A stretch of 60,017 bases of DNA from Octopus bimaculoides (GCF_001194135.2 NC_068981.1:110289879-110349895); one strand, 5' to 3'. Counted from the stretch's first letter, positions 13,750 to 26,592 are shown. Notes: generated by a model not told the origin, from the sequence alone. Program-made: numbers and translations.

Positions 13750-14984
13750 AATGATTTGTCTGTTTAGTGTCTGTTTTAGATTGGGTTGGGACTTAGTCAT
13801 GGAAGCATTTTGCAGCTAGATGTCCTCCTTGTTGCTAACTCTTGTGTATTTTGGGGTTTGTATTTAACTAGTTTTTAGTAGCTGATTTTTGAGAAGGGTT
13901 TGGGCGTTTTCTCTATGGGTACGTTATTTGAGGTTGTTAATCTAACATGAGGTGTGATGTTACCTAGTTCTTAATGATGCTAATTACATTGTATAATCTT
14001 TTAATATTGGATAAAGTTTAAATACCCTGTTTTTTGAGTAGATGAGATAATGGATTTAACAAATAGAATAAAGAGCAATATTGCTAAGCTGCCACTCTGC
14101 AGGAGGCCATTTTGATTTCGGAAATAAATGTGTGTGTGTGTGTGTTTATTCTGGTGTATTACGAACTTGGGATGTTTTTTCTCTTTCTTTATTACTATTA
14201 AGATTGTGTAGATATATCAAATGGAGATGGCTTAAATGTATATATATTTCTTGCTCTGGTGTAGGCCTCCATAAGATGCACCGTTTTTACTCTTTCTTTT
14301 TACCACTTTTTTTGCATTTCATTGGATAAACATCTGCATCATGCTGCCTTTTTATTAGAAAATGATGATGCATGCTTAACATAAGCAGTAACTCTAAAAG
14401 GTACAATGAAATGTAGCAATTGTGTAAGCTGCAATAAGATTCTACGTATGGCTGGGCAAAGTCCAGCATAACTTGAACTAGAATAGCAATATAAATAGTT
14501 TTTATTGCACCCATGCATTTTTGTTTCCTTTCCTGGAGAAAGAGAAAGTGATATTGTTGTGTTTATAAGGAATTAATGGGGGATACTTTTACTAACAATC
14601 CACTTGGAATACTGTTATTCAGACAAGAGGTTTTATATTTCTATGTAACAATGATTGACTTCAACACTGTAGGGCACTCAGCTCTTCATCTATTTTTAGT
14701 CAATTTGCCTCTCCACATCTCTATGTTTTTCTTAATTCTTACTGTCTCTGATAATTAGGTATATTGTGGGAGAAGTGTTACTTTTGCATTTGGCTATTGC
14801 AACTTAATCTCTTTCAATAATAAAATTTCCTGTTGCATTTCCCTACTTTTCTGATGACTTCTTATGACTCATAATACGTTGTTGGCTGTATTTTGTTATT
14901 TTTATTTAGGCTGCAGTATAAACCGATAAACAATAACAGCATTGGGTAACAAAAGTAAAGGGAATTGCCAATTACTAACTGAGT

Positions 14985-15373
14985 GAAATCGTATTCATGG
15001 CTGATGCCAGTGCCGTCTGACTGGCACCCATGCCAGTGGCATGTAACAAGCACCATTCGAGCGTTTGGCCTCATGGAAGCAGTGACCAAGACTTTTGGCG
15101 ATATACCATGCTTGTGTAGACCTTTCAAGCCAAGTCAGAACTTAGTCAAGGCTGATGCCAGTGTCAGGTCATTGGCACCCGTGCTGGTGGCACGTAAAAG
15201 ATATCCACTACACTCTTGAAGTGGTTGGCATGAAGAAGAGCATCCAGCCATAGAAACCGTTCCAAATCAGATCAGAACCTGATGCAGCCCCCACCCCCCA
15301 GCTTATCAGTTTTCAGTCAAACCGTCCAATCTATGCCAGCATGGAAAGCAGACATTAAGTGATGATGATGATG
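14985..15373 (+). mobile_element. RTE LINE 3'UTR or SINE tail fragment
   Basis: GTGCC.GTGGCACGTAAAA...GTGGTTGGC...GCATCCAGC...ATGCCAGCATGGAAAGCAGACATTAAGTGATGATGATGATG, the shared 3' module. Confidence 0.8.
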
Positions 15374-16755
15374 AGATGTCTAATTTATTGCACATGCTAA
15401 TTGTACAAATATCTTTTGAGTAAGTAATATGCTTCTAAGATAATACCAGAAATATGTTTTTAATGCTATTCATTTTTAAATTACAACTTTTTGGTGAAGA
15501 TAAAAATATTTTAACCATTACTAGAAATTAATAAATATTTAAAATTTTATCTATTTTTGCCAACCTTAATTTTTGTTTATACTCCTTTGTTCTTTAGTGT
15601 CCCATTTGCTTGGTATTTTTCCTTACATTCTTAGTGGTGCTTGTTGGTGTTAGTTACTGTGAAACTATAAAATAAAATTGTACTTTACAAAGTAAACTTG
15701 GTGTTATATACAAGATGTAGTTGTAATCTAAAGTAGCTCAATGCTTTTATTTGAAAAGACTTGAAATCTTACTGCATTATTAGGTTTATCAAAACTCTAC
15801 CATAAATACTTCCCTTGTGAATTAACAAATCTTTTATGCAGCTTTTCAACTTGCTAGAAATAGCAGCCAAGTTTATTTTGAATTGCATCCTGCGATTTCA
15901 AGATTATGTAGTCATGTCTAGAATATCTTTAATCATAGATTTACTTGCTCAAGGCTGACCTGGGCTTAAACTATTACTACTATTGCTTCTTCTTCCACAT
16001 AACAAACTGTCACATTATCTTTTTACCCTGTCAGACAGAAGCAAGGCATATGCTAGATTTATGGGCTGAACATGCAATTTAAGCTACTTTGATGCCATTG
16101 TTAATAATCCCTTATTTATTTCAACATTTCAATGTTCTCTTACTAAACTGATTCCACATTTATTACTGGATTCGTGTGGTACTGTATATAAATTGAGTCA
16201 CTTGTACATTTTCTGCAAGGTTGGCTTAATCTGTATATACAGTTCATGTTACACTTTGGAAAAATATTTATTATCTGGATTTTAAAAAGCTAATTGCTTC
16301 TAATTTTTTAATATTTTCTGTTGAAAAATTCCATTCTTCATCATCATTTTAACATTCACTTTTCCATGCTTGCATGGGTCAATGGTATTTGTTGAGCAAA
16401 TTTTCTATGGCTGGTTGCCCTTCCTCTTGCCATCCCTTATTTGTATCCAAGCAAGGTAGTATTTCCCCATGCCCAGACATGTTTACATGGAAGATTGGAA
16501 ATTAACAACATTGCTTGTATGGCAATGATGCTCGTTGATGTAAAGACAATGGTACACACACGCACACACACACACACACACATTTATATATATATATATA
16601 TNNNNNNNNNNNNNNNNNNNNNNNNNNNNNNNNNNNNNNNNNNNNNNNNNNNNNNNNNNNNNNNNNNNNNNNNNNNNNNNNNNNNATAGATAGATAGAAA
16701 AGGTAAGACAACAAAAGAAAGAAAGAGACCTCGATATTATGTAAATAGAGGAATT

Positions 16756-16936
16756 TATCTGTAAATATGTGGCAATTATTCGGTACCCATGATAAAACTC
16801 CGAGTTTCGGATGCCGGGGCAGAAACCTATGCCGCCAGATAACTGAAGAGATGGTGGTGTGGGTTTCCGCCCTGACATCTGAAACTCGGAGTTTTATCAT
16901 GGCTACCGAATAATTGTCACATATTATTTACAGATA
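16756..16936. repeat. Foldback palindrome with about 72-bp arms and a 34-bp spacer, carrying a hammerhead
   Basis: 16756-16827 is the reverse complement of 16862-16936 with few mismatches (ATCTGTAAAT..ATGTG.CAATTATTCGGTA.CCATGATAAAACTCCGAGTTTC.GATG...). Confidence 0.95.
16838..16898 (+). ncRNA. Type I hammerhead ribozyme motif, family B
   Basis: GAUAA-CUGAAGA-GAUG[22 nt]CAUC-U-GAAAC-UCGGA-GUU-UUAUC. 5-bp helix I (extendable CCA/UGG past a bulge), near-palindromic helix III ACUC-G-GAGU, triplet GUU. One extra nucleotide before GAAA. Confidence 0.7.
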
Positions 16937-16962
16937 TATATATATGGCAAATATATATATAT

Positions 16963-17900
16963 ATATGGCAAATAAGAAAGTGGAGAAGATATAAAATTGA
17001 CATACATCAGCCGGTAAACAATCCAGTCATCATCATCATCGTTTAACGTCATTTTCCATGCTAGCATGGGTTGGACAGTTCGACTGGGGTCTGGGAAGCC
17101 AAGAGGCTGCACCAGGCTCCAGTCTGATCTGGCAGCTGGATGCCCTTCCTAATGCCAACCACTCCGTGAGTGTAGTGGGTACTTTTTACGTGCCAACGGC
17201 ACAGGGGCCAGAGCATGCTGGCAGTGGCCACGGTCAGTTGGTGCTGTTTATGTGCCACTGGCATGGAAGCGGCCACATTTGGATGGTACTTTTTACATGC
17301 TACCAGCATAGGTATTGCAACTACAATTTCCATTTGATTTTTATTTTGATGTTGATGTACTTGACTCCATAGGTCTCCTCAAGCGCTCAAATGTATTGGA
17401 TGAATACACACACATGATTTGTGGTAGAGATTATCAAATAGAAAAGGTTGGTAATTGCATAAACAAGGGTGTGGAAGCATATAAGCATATAGAAACAAAT
17501 GAGCAAATGAGCAGATTCTCAATCAAACCGAATGGGTGTGCAGGTGCGAGTTCCTTACGGCCATTTCTGCCAAGAGGCAATGAAAACTTCTGGGTTATCT
17601 CCATCCCTGCATAACACTGAAGAGATGGAGATAACCTGGAAGTTTTCATTGCCTCTTAGCAGAAATGGCCATAAGGAACTAGCACCTGCACACCCATTCA
17701 GTTTGACTGATAATCTGCTCATTTGCTCATTTCTTTCTATATGCTTATATGCTTCCACACCCTTGTTTATGCAATTACCAACCTTTTCTATTTGATAATT
17801 TCTACCACAAATACATGTGAATAATAAATAGATATGCTGGATTGTTTACTGGCTGATGTACGTTGATTTTATATCTTCTCCACTTTCTTATTTGCCATAT
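16963..17900. repeat. Large foldback palindrome whose left arm is interrupted by an RTE 3' fragment
   Basis: Inner arms about 17411-17605 and 17624-17819 are near-perfect reverse complements around an 18-nt loop. Outer arms 16963-17026 and 17837-17900 are also reverse complements. Confidence 0.95.
17027..17400 (-). mobile_element. RTE LINE 3'UTR fragment with (GAT)n tail
   Basis: TCATCATCATCATCGTTTAACGTC...CCATGCTAGCATGGGTTGGAC...GGATGCCCTTCCTAATGCCAACCACTC on +, the same module as 10370. Confidence 0.85.
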
Positions 17901-18110
17901 AGATCAAGGGTAAACCGCTTTTTACTCCCACCAATATATAATACTTATTTGCGAGATTACCATGCAATAACTAGCACTTGGGTATGAATAATTGGGTACA
18001 CTACCAGCAGTATATTGGATAGTAGCTATCCCTTAGTTGATTTCTCAACCTCTAACTCACACAGAAACAAACAAATAAATAAATAAATATAATAAATTAC
18101 AAATAATTAC

Positions 18111-18960
18111 AGAGGCATCAAGCTTTTAGATCAGGTTATGGAAGTTATGGAGAGGGTCATAGCCCAACTAATTAGGGAGCGAATCAATTTAGATGAGATG
18201 CAGTTTGGGTTCGTGCCAGGTAAAAGCTCCACTGATGCCATATTTCTAGTAAGACAGCTGCAGGAGAAATACCTAGCCAAGGATAAACCTCTGTACCTAG
18301 CTTTTGTTGACATGGAGAAAGCCTTTGACAGGGTCCCCCGATCCCTTATCTGGTGATCAATGTGGAAACTTGGGATAGAAGAATGGTTAGTGAGAGCTGT
18401 GCGAGCCATGTACAGAGATGCTGTCGGTAAGGTGAGGGTTGGAAATGAGTACAGTAATGAATTCCGGGTAGAGGTAGGGGTCCACCAAGGTTTGGTCCTC
18501 AGCCCCCTCCTATTTATCATAGTCCTCCAGGCGATCACAGAGGAATTCAAGACAGGATGCCCCTGGGAGCTCCTCTATGCTGATGACCTTGCACTAATTG
18601 CGGAGTCACTATCAGAACTAGAGGAGAAGTTTCAGGTGTGGAAGCAAGGACTTGAATCGAAGGGCCTTAGAGTCAACCTAGCTAAAACCAAAATCCTAAT
18701 AAGTAGGAAGGCAGATAAAACACAAACCCCTACAGGTAGATGGCCCTGCTCAGTTTGTAGAAAAGGCGTAGGTAGGAACTCTATAAGATGTACCCAGCAC
18801 AAGCTATGGACACATAAGAGGTGCAGCAATATCAAAGGCAGGTTAACTAGGAAGTTAGTTTTTGTATGTGGCAGATGTTCAGGTGCAATAAACACAGGAA
18901 ACAACTTCTGTCTCATTCCAGGGAGAAAAACTAGTGGTAGTTGATAGCTTCCGCTATCTG
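18111..18960 (+). mobile_element. RTE LINE reverse transcriptase fragment with downstream PHD-type finger
   Basis: ORFs 18138-18356 and 18360-18944: QFGFVPGKSSTDAIF, AFVDMEKAFDRVP, GVHQGLVLSPLLF, LLYADDL (YADD at 18576-18587), then WPCSVC...CGRC. In-frame stop at 18354-18356. Ends at an N gap. Confidence 0.95.
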
Positions 18961-19248
18961 NNNNNNNNNNNNNNNNNNNNNNNNNNNNNNNNNNNNNNNN
19001 NNNNNNNNNNNNNNNNNNNNNNNNNNNNNNNNNNNNNNNNNNNNNNNNNNNNNNNNNNNNTATTTTTTGTGTGTGGGTATGTGTGCGTGTAGGTAGGGGT
19101 GAGATAAAAACTGGAAAAAAGTAGTGAGTGTAAAAACAAGAGAATAATGGATAGAATGTAAAGGGGACGAGGGGGGTGGGTAAAAAAATAAAAATAAAAA
19201 ATAAAATAAAAAATAAAGAAAAGTGTTGCAGGGACGTAAAGGGGAGAG

Positions 19249-19533
19249 TCATAAGGAAGAGAGGGCTGCGTTGAGTCCGAAGGGGAAAGAAGAATTAAGG
19301 TTGAAAATGTAGCGTTGCTCCAAGTGGAGTCGCGAGGGAGTGGACCCATGGTGCAGGGCGAGGCCAAAAACGGAGATGTTAGAGGGAGAGTGGTTGGCCA
19401 GTTGGAAGTAACGGCCAACGGGGGAGTCCGAACCTAGCCGAACGTCCCTTAGGTGTTCGGTGAAACGGTTGGCCAGCCGGCGGCCCGTCTGCCCCACGTA
19501 GAGTTGGTTGCATAGGGTGCATTTGATACTCAT
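19249..19533 (-). mobile_element. Penelope-like element GIY-YIG endonuclease fragment (ORF C-terminus)
   Basis: IKCTLCNQLYVGQTGRRLANRFTEHLRD...SRLHLEQRYIFNLNSSFPFGLN matches the PLE pattern CxxC-YVGQTxRxLxxRxxEH...RxxxExxxI...PxGLN. The segment is locally GC-rich. Confidence 0.85.
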
Positions 19534-19534
19534 A

Positions 19535-19574
19535 CACAGTGGCTTCTTTCAGTTTCTATCTGCCCAAATCCCTA

Positions 19575-19617
<43 letters not shown>

Positions 19618-19852
19618 ACCACTCCCTTCACAAATTCTGCCCAACCCATGTCAGCATGGAAAAGTGGATGTTAAAATTATGATGATGATGATTGATGCAC
19701 ACACACATGCATGCAAAGGGATTCCTTTAGTTACAAGGCTTTTATTTGGCCTGGGGCTATAGTATAAGACTCCCAAGGTGCCATGCAGTGGAACTGAACT
19801 TGGAACTACATGGCTGAGAAGCAAGTTTCTTAACCACACAACCATGCCTGCA
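19535..19852 (-). mobile_element. tRNA-headed SINE copy
   Basis: Reverse complement begins GCATGGTTGTGTGGTTAAGAAACTTGCTTCTCAGCC...AGTTCAGTTCCACTGCATGGCACCTTGGG, the same head as 7497, 26720-27080 and 55838-56210. Confidence 0.65.
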
Positions 19853-21468
19853 TCTACACAACTGGCTGTACCTTCATCGTGGACAGGAAAATATTTTGCC
19901 TAACCAATTTCAAATCCTCAATAATAATTATTTCAAATTTTGGCACAAGGTCAGCAATTTCAGGGAGCGGGGTAAGTCGATTACATCAACCCCACTACTC
20001 AGCTGGTACTTGATTTATTGACCACCAAAGAAAAAGATGCAAAGTTGACCTCTGCAGAATTTGAACTCAGTATTTAAGGATGGATGAAGCATTTTGCCCA
20101 GCATGCTAATGGGTCTGCTAGCTCACCACCTTAATAATAGTAATAATAATAATAATAATAAATGCAGACGACTAACCATTCTGTTCTGCTGTCTAGAGTG
20201 TTAACCATATTTGTAACAAGAAAGCCCATGTTTGACATTTTTATCTTTAATACATCTATCGTATATAATTGTTTTTCTTTTTTAAGTAAATATATGTTTG
20301 TTATCAGTATATATTACTTAAGATTTACTAGTAAACAATAAATCAAGAACAGCTGTTCTATAAAGAGTTCATTGGTCCAGAGTCCATGTTGTAAGCAAAT
20401 CATTATCTTATCATAAATATTACTTGGTTTCTCTCTCATTTCCTTCATTCATTAGCCTCAGTTTACATAAATACTTTGTTTCTTTTTATTTGTTGTTTTT
20501 TTCTTTTGTTTTCTCATTATTGGATTTTCCTATTGACAATGTCAGATTTAGTTTTCAAAGTTACATCTAAATCTATTATGCTAAGTACAGGGATCTGGCA
20601 GTTTAAAAAGAAAATGATATTTAGTGAAAATAATAATGTTTCGGGGGCAGACAGGTATGATATATGTGAGAGTAAAATTGCTCTGTGAGTATTGGAAGAA
20701 ATGAGCTTCCAGTGATATCACAGATAACTATTGGCTTCAATTCTTTTTAATGTTTTTTTTATTCATTTAAGAAAAACAAAATATAGTGCGTGTGTGTATA
20801 TGCATACAAACATGCTTATAAAACTGATGTTTTAATTTTTACATATTTTCTTGTGACACTCCCTCAATCAAAAGGTTTGTTCATTATCAGAATATTTGTA
20901 TAACGATACATATCTTCATCTTCACCGTTCTTAGCACTTGAAATAAAATCTCCTATAAATTTCCTTCTCTGACTCACCCATGCTTGCTGTGGTGCTCTCT
21001 CATTCTAGTTTTTTTCATCTATTTCAACATATTTGCCTATCCAAGAATTAAAATATCTGTATTTTTTCATTTGTCCAACTCTTGTTGCAACCTTAAAATA
21101 AATACATCTATAGTTGTTCCTTTCCATCTCTTTGACCTCTTTCCTCTCTTGTTTTGCTCTCTGTCTTTGTCTCATCTATGTCATTTTTTCTTGAGATCTT
21201 TCCATATCACCTCAGTTTTCTCTGTTCTGTTATTTCCAGTTTTGTCAGCTCTCTACATTACATATTCATTAGAATTTGTAATTAACAAAGATAATTCTTT
21301 GATTATTTTCATATTTATTAAATATTACAATATTAGAATATTGTGGTAAAATATTGTAAATCATATTATCTAATATTTGGCAGAGATACTTAAAATATAA
21401 GTAGAAAGGATTTGAATTGGTTTTATGATTTTAAAGATGGATTTGCACTTGCATAAGATATTTTTGCA

Positions 21469-21499
<31 letters not shown>

Positions 21500-22986
21500 A
21501 TGTGTAAGAGAGAGAGAGAGAGAGAGAGAGCACATGTGTTTGTTTGTGTGTGTGTGTAATTATATGACTAAATTGCAGTAATGATGCCCAAAGGAAGTAG
21601 CACAACACTTTCAAGTATTATATATCATTGATAATGAGAGACCACTAACATTACATTGATAATGCTATATAAGGCAACAGTATTGGTGGATAATTTGAAG
21701 TAGGTTATCTATCTTATATAGATGCATAATACTATTTACTATACTTTTTGCAATCTTAACCAAAAGAAATGAACTCATTTCAGCTTATTTGATTTAAGCT
21801 CAAATTCCATCTCATTGGATCAAAAAATCATCCAAAGTAATTTAAACAAATATTAGTAATTTTTTCTCAGTCTGCTGTTCAGTATAGTCAACCATAATCT
21901 CAATTGAATGAAACCAATGTCATTCTTTTTACTTTGTGTATCTCTGTGTATGTAAGTTTGTGTTAGGTCACTTTCAATGCTACTGGTAACACTTAAGCTT
22001 GTGCAACATGTTACATGATCAGGTAATAACTAAATCAGCCCCACCTCCAGACTAGCTTAGTGAAGAAGGTAACTTAATATCCTGCAGGTCAAAAATCAAG
22101 ACATGTCATAATGTTATATGAACCCAGGTCAATAAGTTGCAATAGTGCATAGAGAAATACAAAATATTCAAGATTATGAATGGGAAGATGGAGGGTACAG
22201 TAAATCACTTCAGAATTGAGGGACCTCTAGTTCAAGATTGAGGGACCTCAGAGCTCCTGAGGTATGATGGGATCAACTTATCTATATTGCTTTTCTGCAT
22301 TGTAGGTTAGTAGAGAAAGAGAAAGGCTAGCAATGTACACCCCAGCTTCAAAGTGATTTCTGACACTATATTTGTGGCAGTCTCCTCTAATTTAGAGATG
22401 AACATTCAGTACAGGTCACCCTTGTCATGAATGTGTGGTATAAATTTTCTCTACTGATGTCTTTTATCTTGCTATTTGGGGTACCATACAACAAAAATTG
22501 TTGATTTATTAAAATTATTTTCCCCTCTAGAGAATGTATCATAGTTGCCAAATGACAGTTTAGACCATCTTCACTTGAAGAAGAGGACATAATCTCAAGA
22601 TTCAAGAATTCTCCAAAATTGACATGCCATTAAGGAAAAGGACATGTTTAATCTAAGGAAAGAAGTGGACAGTCATGGACATGTGTTTCTGGCTCAGTAG
22701 TTTTCATCAATGCAACAATTGTCCAACCTTATCTCCAGTAGAAAACAGTTATGGTCTTGGTAATTTGCATAATTTAAACAAAAATGAGCTAAAACATAGT
22801 GTGCAGTGGCATGTACTTAAATAACCTAGACCAATACTGGTATGTTAATTCCCTCACAACAAAAGTTCTTTCAGATGGTCATTGTTACCATTTGGTAACT
22901 TGATACATCCTCTAGATGTGTAGATAATTTTAATGAATTTAGAATTTTTGTTGTATGGTATTTGACATACTAGTATTTGTCTATGT

Positions 22987-25388
22987 CAGTGGTTCCCAAA
23001 CTATGAGTCGTGACCCACTAATGGGTCGCGAACGGAATCCTAGTGAGTCGCAAAAAGTTATAAAATTACACATTAGCTTTGATTAACTGCTGTCTATCGA
23101 GATAGTTCAAGACTCATGTTTTCAATACCAGACTGGTTGTTTTATCAAGCAGTAGGCTTTTTTCACGAGCTTAACAAATCAGAGGTGGTCATTTTCTCAA
23201 GTTATTTATTCGTACGTAATCGTAAAAAGGAAAAGTCTGTTTTTACTTATTTATAGAGAACTTTAACTAGGCGCAGTACAACACTGATCGAGCTGATAAC
23301 AGTTACTGCTTCAAGGTTTTGTATTAGAGTTAATACCTGCCCATAGGGTATGGAGACGTTGAAACAGTTATAAAACGTTTTGTTGTCTATCTTTCTAAAT
23401 TCGATTTTTTCGTATTTACTCAGTCCTTCATATTATGGATAAATGGTTAAAAAAGTCAGTTGAAGTTGATGACGACGAGTCTTCAGTGAATTGAAACGAA
23501 GAAAGGTCCAGTCAATCAAAACTAAGCCAGTCAAAGCGAAGAAAAGTATTGAGAAAGTATGATTACGAATACTTAAAAATGGGATTTACATGGAATGGTG
23601 TTGAAGAAGATCCACGACCACGAGAGTATGCGTCCAAACAAATTGTGTCACCATATTGAGACTAAGCATTCCGAGTTAAAAGACAAGCCTCTCGATTTTT
23701 TTGAGTGAATGTAAACCAAGTTAAAGATAGGACAGAGCATTATGCAACGTTACACCAAAGTAAATGAAAAATCTTTGTGTGTGTCTTACTTGATCAGTTT
23801 GAGAATCGCAAAAACTGGTAAGTCACACACAATTGGGGAGACTTTAGTTCTTCCAGCTATAAAAGATACAGTTAAAGTTTTCTTTGGTGATAAGAGTGAA
23901 CAAGAAATTGAATCAATTCCTATTTCTAATAACACAGTCACGCGTAGAATCGATGAAATGTCTCAATGGGTAGAAAATCAAGTTATTGAATGGGTTCGTG
24001 GAAGTCTTTTTTTTTTCTTTACAACTCAATGAATCTACTGACGTACAAGGTTTGTGCCAACTACTTGTTTTTGTACGTTACATATGGAACTTTAAACCTC
24101 ATGAAGATATGTTGTTCTGTGAACCAGTCAGTCGAAGTACCAGTGATGAAATTTTTAATACTGTTGATACTTATATCAGAACAAAAGATCTTGATGGGCA
24201 TAAATGTGTCGGAATATGTACGGACGGTGCACGGGCTATGTGCGGTAGAAACAGTGGTGTGGTGACCAGAATACTTGAACTTAATCCCAATGCATCATGG
24301 ACTCACTGTAACCTTCACAGGGCAGCGTTAGTATCAAAATATATATCTGATAATTTTGAAAATGTTTTGAACACTTCCTTTGCAATCACGCTTATTTGAG
24401 AAGTTGTGCGAAGAGATGGGAAGCGATCATAAATCCCTTCTTCTGCACACAGAAATACGATGGCTTTCGAGGGGAAAAGTGCTAACAAGACTTGCAGAAC
24501 TCCATGAAGAAGTAACTATATTTCTGGAAGGTAAAAGCGATTTTGCAAAATATTTGCGCGACAAAGAATTCATTCTGAGGCTTACGTATTTGGCAGATAT
24601 TTTTTCAAAATTAAACGAACTGAATTTATACTTACAAGGAACAGAAGGTATCGGTATATTCGCAATTCATGAGAAAATTCGAGGTTTTATGAAAAAACTT
24701 GTCCTGTGGAAAAATCGTATTGACAACCGAAATTATGACTGTTTTGAAACATTTGAAACCTTTGTAATGGAGAATGAAACAAAAGTTGATGATGGTATAA
24801 TCATTGAGATATCTGAACACTTGAATAAGCTAAAAGAAAGTTTTGAATTTTATTTTCATGAAGAGATGAATATTATGCAACAGAAAAGATGGATTATGAA
24901 CCCCTTTCAACCTGACATGACGACTGGAATATCAACAAAAGCTGATGAAGAACTTACCGATTTATCCGAAGACTCTTCCTTTGAAAATGACCTTTAACAC
25001 CCGAAAATTGGTACAGTTCTGGGCATCTCTTCAAACCCCGTGCCCAATCATTTCCACCGAAGCATTAAAAGTACTTCACTCTTTCGCATCATCTTATAAT
25101 TGTGAAGATGGATTTTCAGCAATGGTTGGGATTAAAAGCAAATTTCAAAATAAACTGCAGCTCTCAAATTCTTTACAGCTGAAACTATCACACATTGAAC
25201 CTGATGTTAATTCTATTATTGTGCGTAGCAAGAAACAGGCTCATCCTTCTCACAGGCCTCAATGAAAATGTAATCTGAAATAAATTTGTTTCTTTCATTA
25301 ATGTTTTTACCCAGTAGAGTTAAGTGGGTCACCATAAACTGGTGTCATAAATAGTGGGTCACGTCTCTATAAAGTTTGGGAACCACAG
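22987..25388 (+). mobile_element. Near-full-length hAT transposon, Buster/Charlie group, disrupted transposase
   Basis: TIR CAGTGGTTCCCAAACT / AGTTTGGGAACCACAG. 8-bp TSD GTCTATGT / GTCTGTGT. Transposase starts MDKWLKK at 23435, includes QLNESTD, CTDGARAMCG, THCNLHRAAL and [13 protein letters not shown], and ends QAHPSH near 25265. Split by frameshifts and stops. Confidence 0.95.
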
Positions 25389-26592
25389 GTCTGTGTTATT
25401 CAAATACATTCCATTGGCCTCTTCAAGTTATCTTTCTTCATTCATTTTTGTTTTACATAAATACACACACGCAGAAACCAAACAGAAGAGTTTCACTTTA
25501 GTCAGTTTTTTTTTTATACTTTCTAATTTTTGGTATTAGAAAGGGCATCCAGTTGTAAAAATCTTGCCAAAAACAGTTCCAGAAGACTGGTGCAGGTTTC
25601 TGCCTGGCCAGCTCCTGTCAAACAGTTCTACCCATTCCAGCATGGAAGGTGGACGTTAAATTATGATGATGATCTAATATTAACATTTTACATTGTTATG
25701 GATCAAAAGTTTATTTACTCAAAATACTTTCCTAACTATCTTAGTTTTCCTCTCTTTCTTACATTCAAAGACAGCTATTTTTTTGTTGTATTAGTTATCT
25801 TTATTTTTTTCTGATACTTATATTATCATAAGATTTTATATAAATATTCAAATATTTAAGCATACATGGTAGTGGATTGTTGTTGTGCAACAATAAGGAT
25901 TCAGTTATTTGATTGAATAAATAACCTTCTTCTGAATTAACATGTAACTGAGCATTCCACAGACCAATGTGACTCAGTGAGTAACAAGACTAGCTTTTTT
26001 CAGTATTGAGGATACAATCCACCCATTAGTCTTCTATACAATTTTTATCGAGCCAATTTAACTTGTAGCCACAGTATAGCCAAATGGTTAAGAAGTTCAT
26101 TTAGCAATCATGCAGTCACTGGTTCAGTCCTACTCCATAGCATCTTGTGCAAATGTCATTTTATTGTTTTCTTCTATGTTTTTCTCTCCTTGCCTGTCAT
26201 GGACCCCACTACCACTTCTTTATAGGAAGCTTATTTATTATTTACTAGTTTTTCATGATATTCATTTAATGCTTTGTCTTAATTTTAAATTTTAATTTCT
26301 ATCTTTTATGATGTATTTATCTTGAACACGTGATTTCTGAAAGGTCATTTTCCTTCACTGAAATTATTATACCTATTTCCACGTATATAAGCAATTTATG
26401 TTATTCAGATTTCATTTCAATTTCGACTCATTTTCTAATGCATATCTATTTTTCCATCAACAGCCAATTGTTTTCATTTAACAGATTTTTGTTATTTTGA
26501 TAAGTAATACCGTCTATAAAATCAGCTTTAAATGTTTATTTGATGAGTTATCAAAAATTTGTCAGTGCATCCATATTGTTCAAAATGTTCAT

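Noticed and set aside
17315-17795. Mirror-image ORFs on both strands
   Set aside because: They are a direct consequence of the palindrome and carry no protein motif.
20546-20654. Candidate upstream HS2ST exon (polypyrimidine tract, CAG acceptor, GTATGA donor, open frame)
   Set aside because: It ends in phase 2 in its open frame whereas the 27898 exon needs phase 0, and the peptide has no recognisable HS2ST similarity.
22387-22605. 72-aa minus-strand ORF in higher-complexity sequence beside the hAT
   Set aside because: I could not assign it to any family and found no splice support. It may be an old TE and would need BLASTX.
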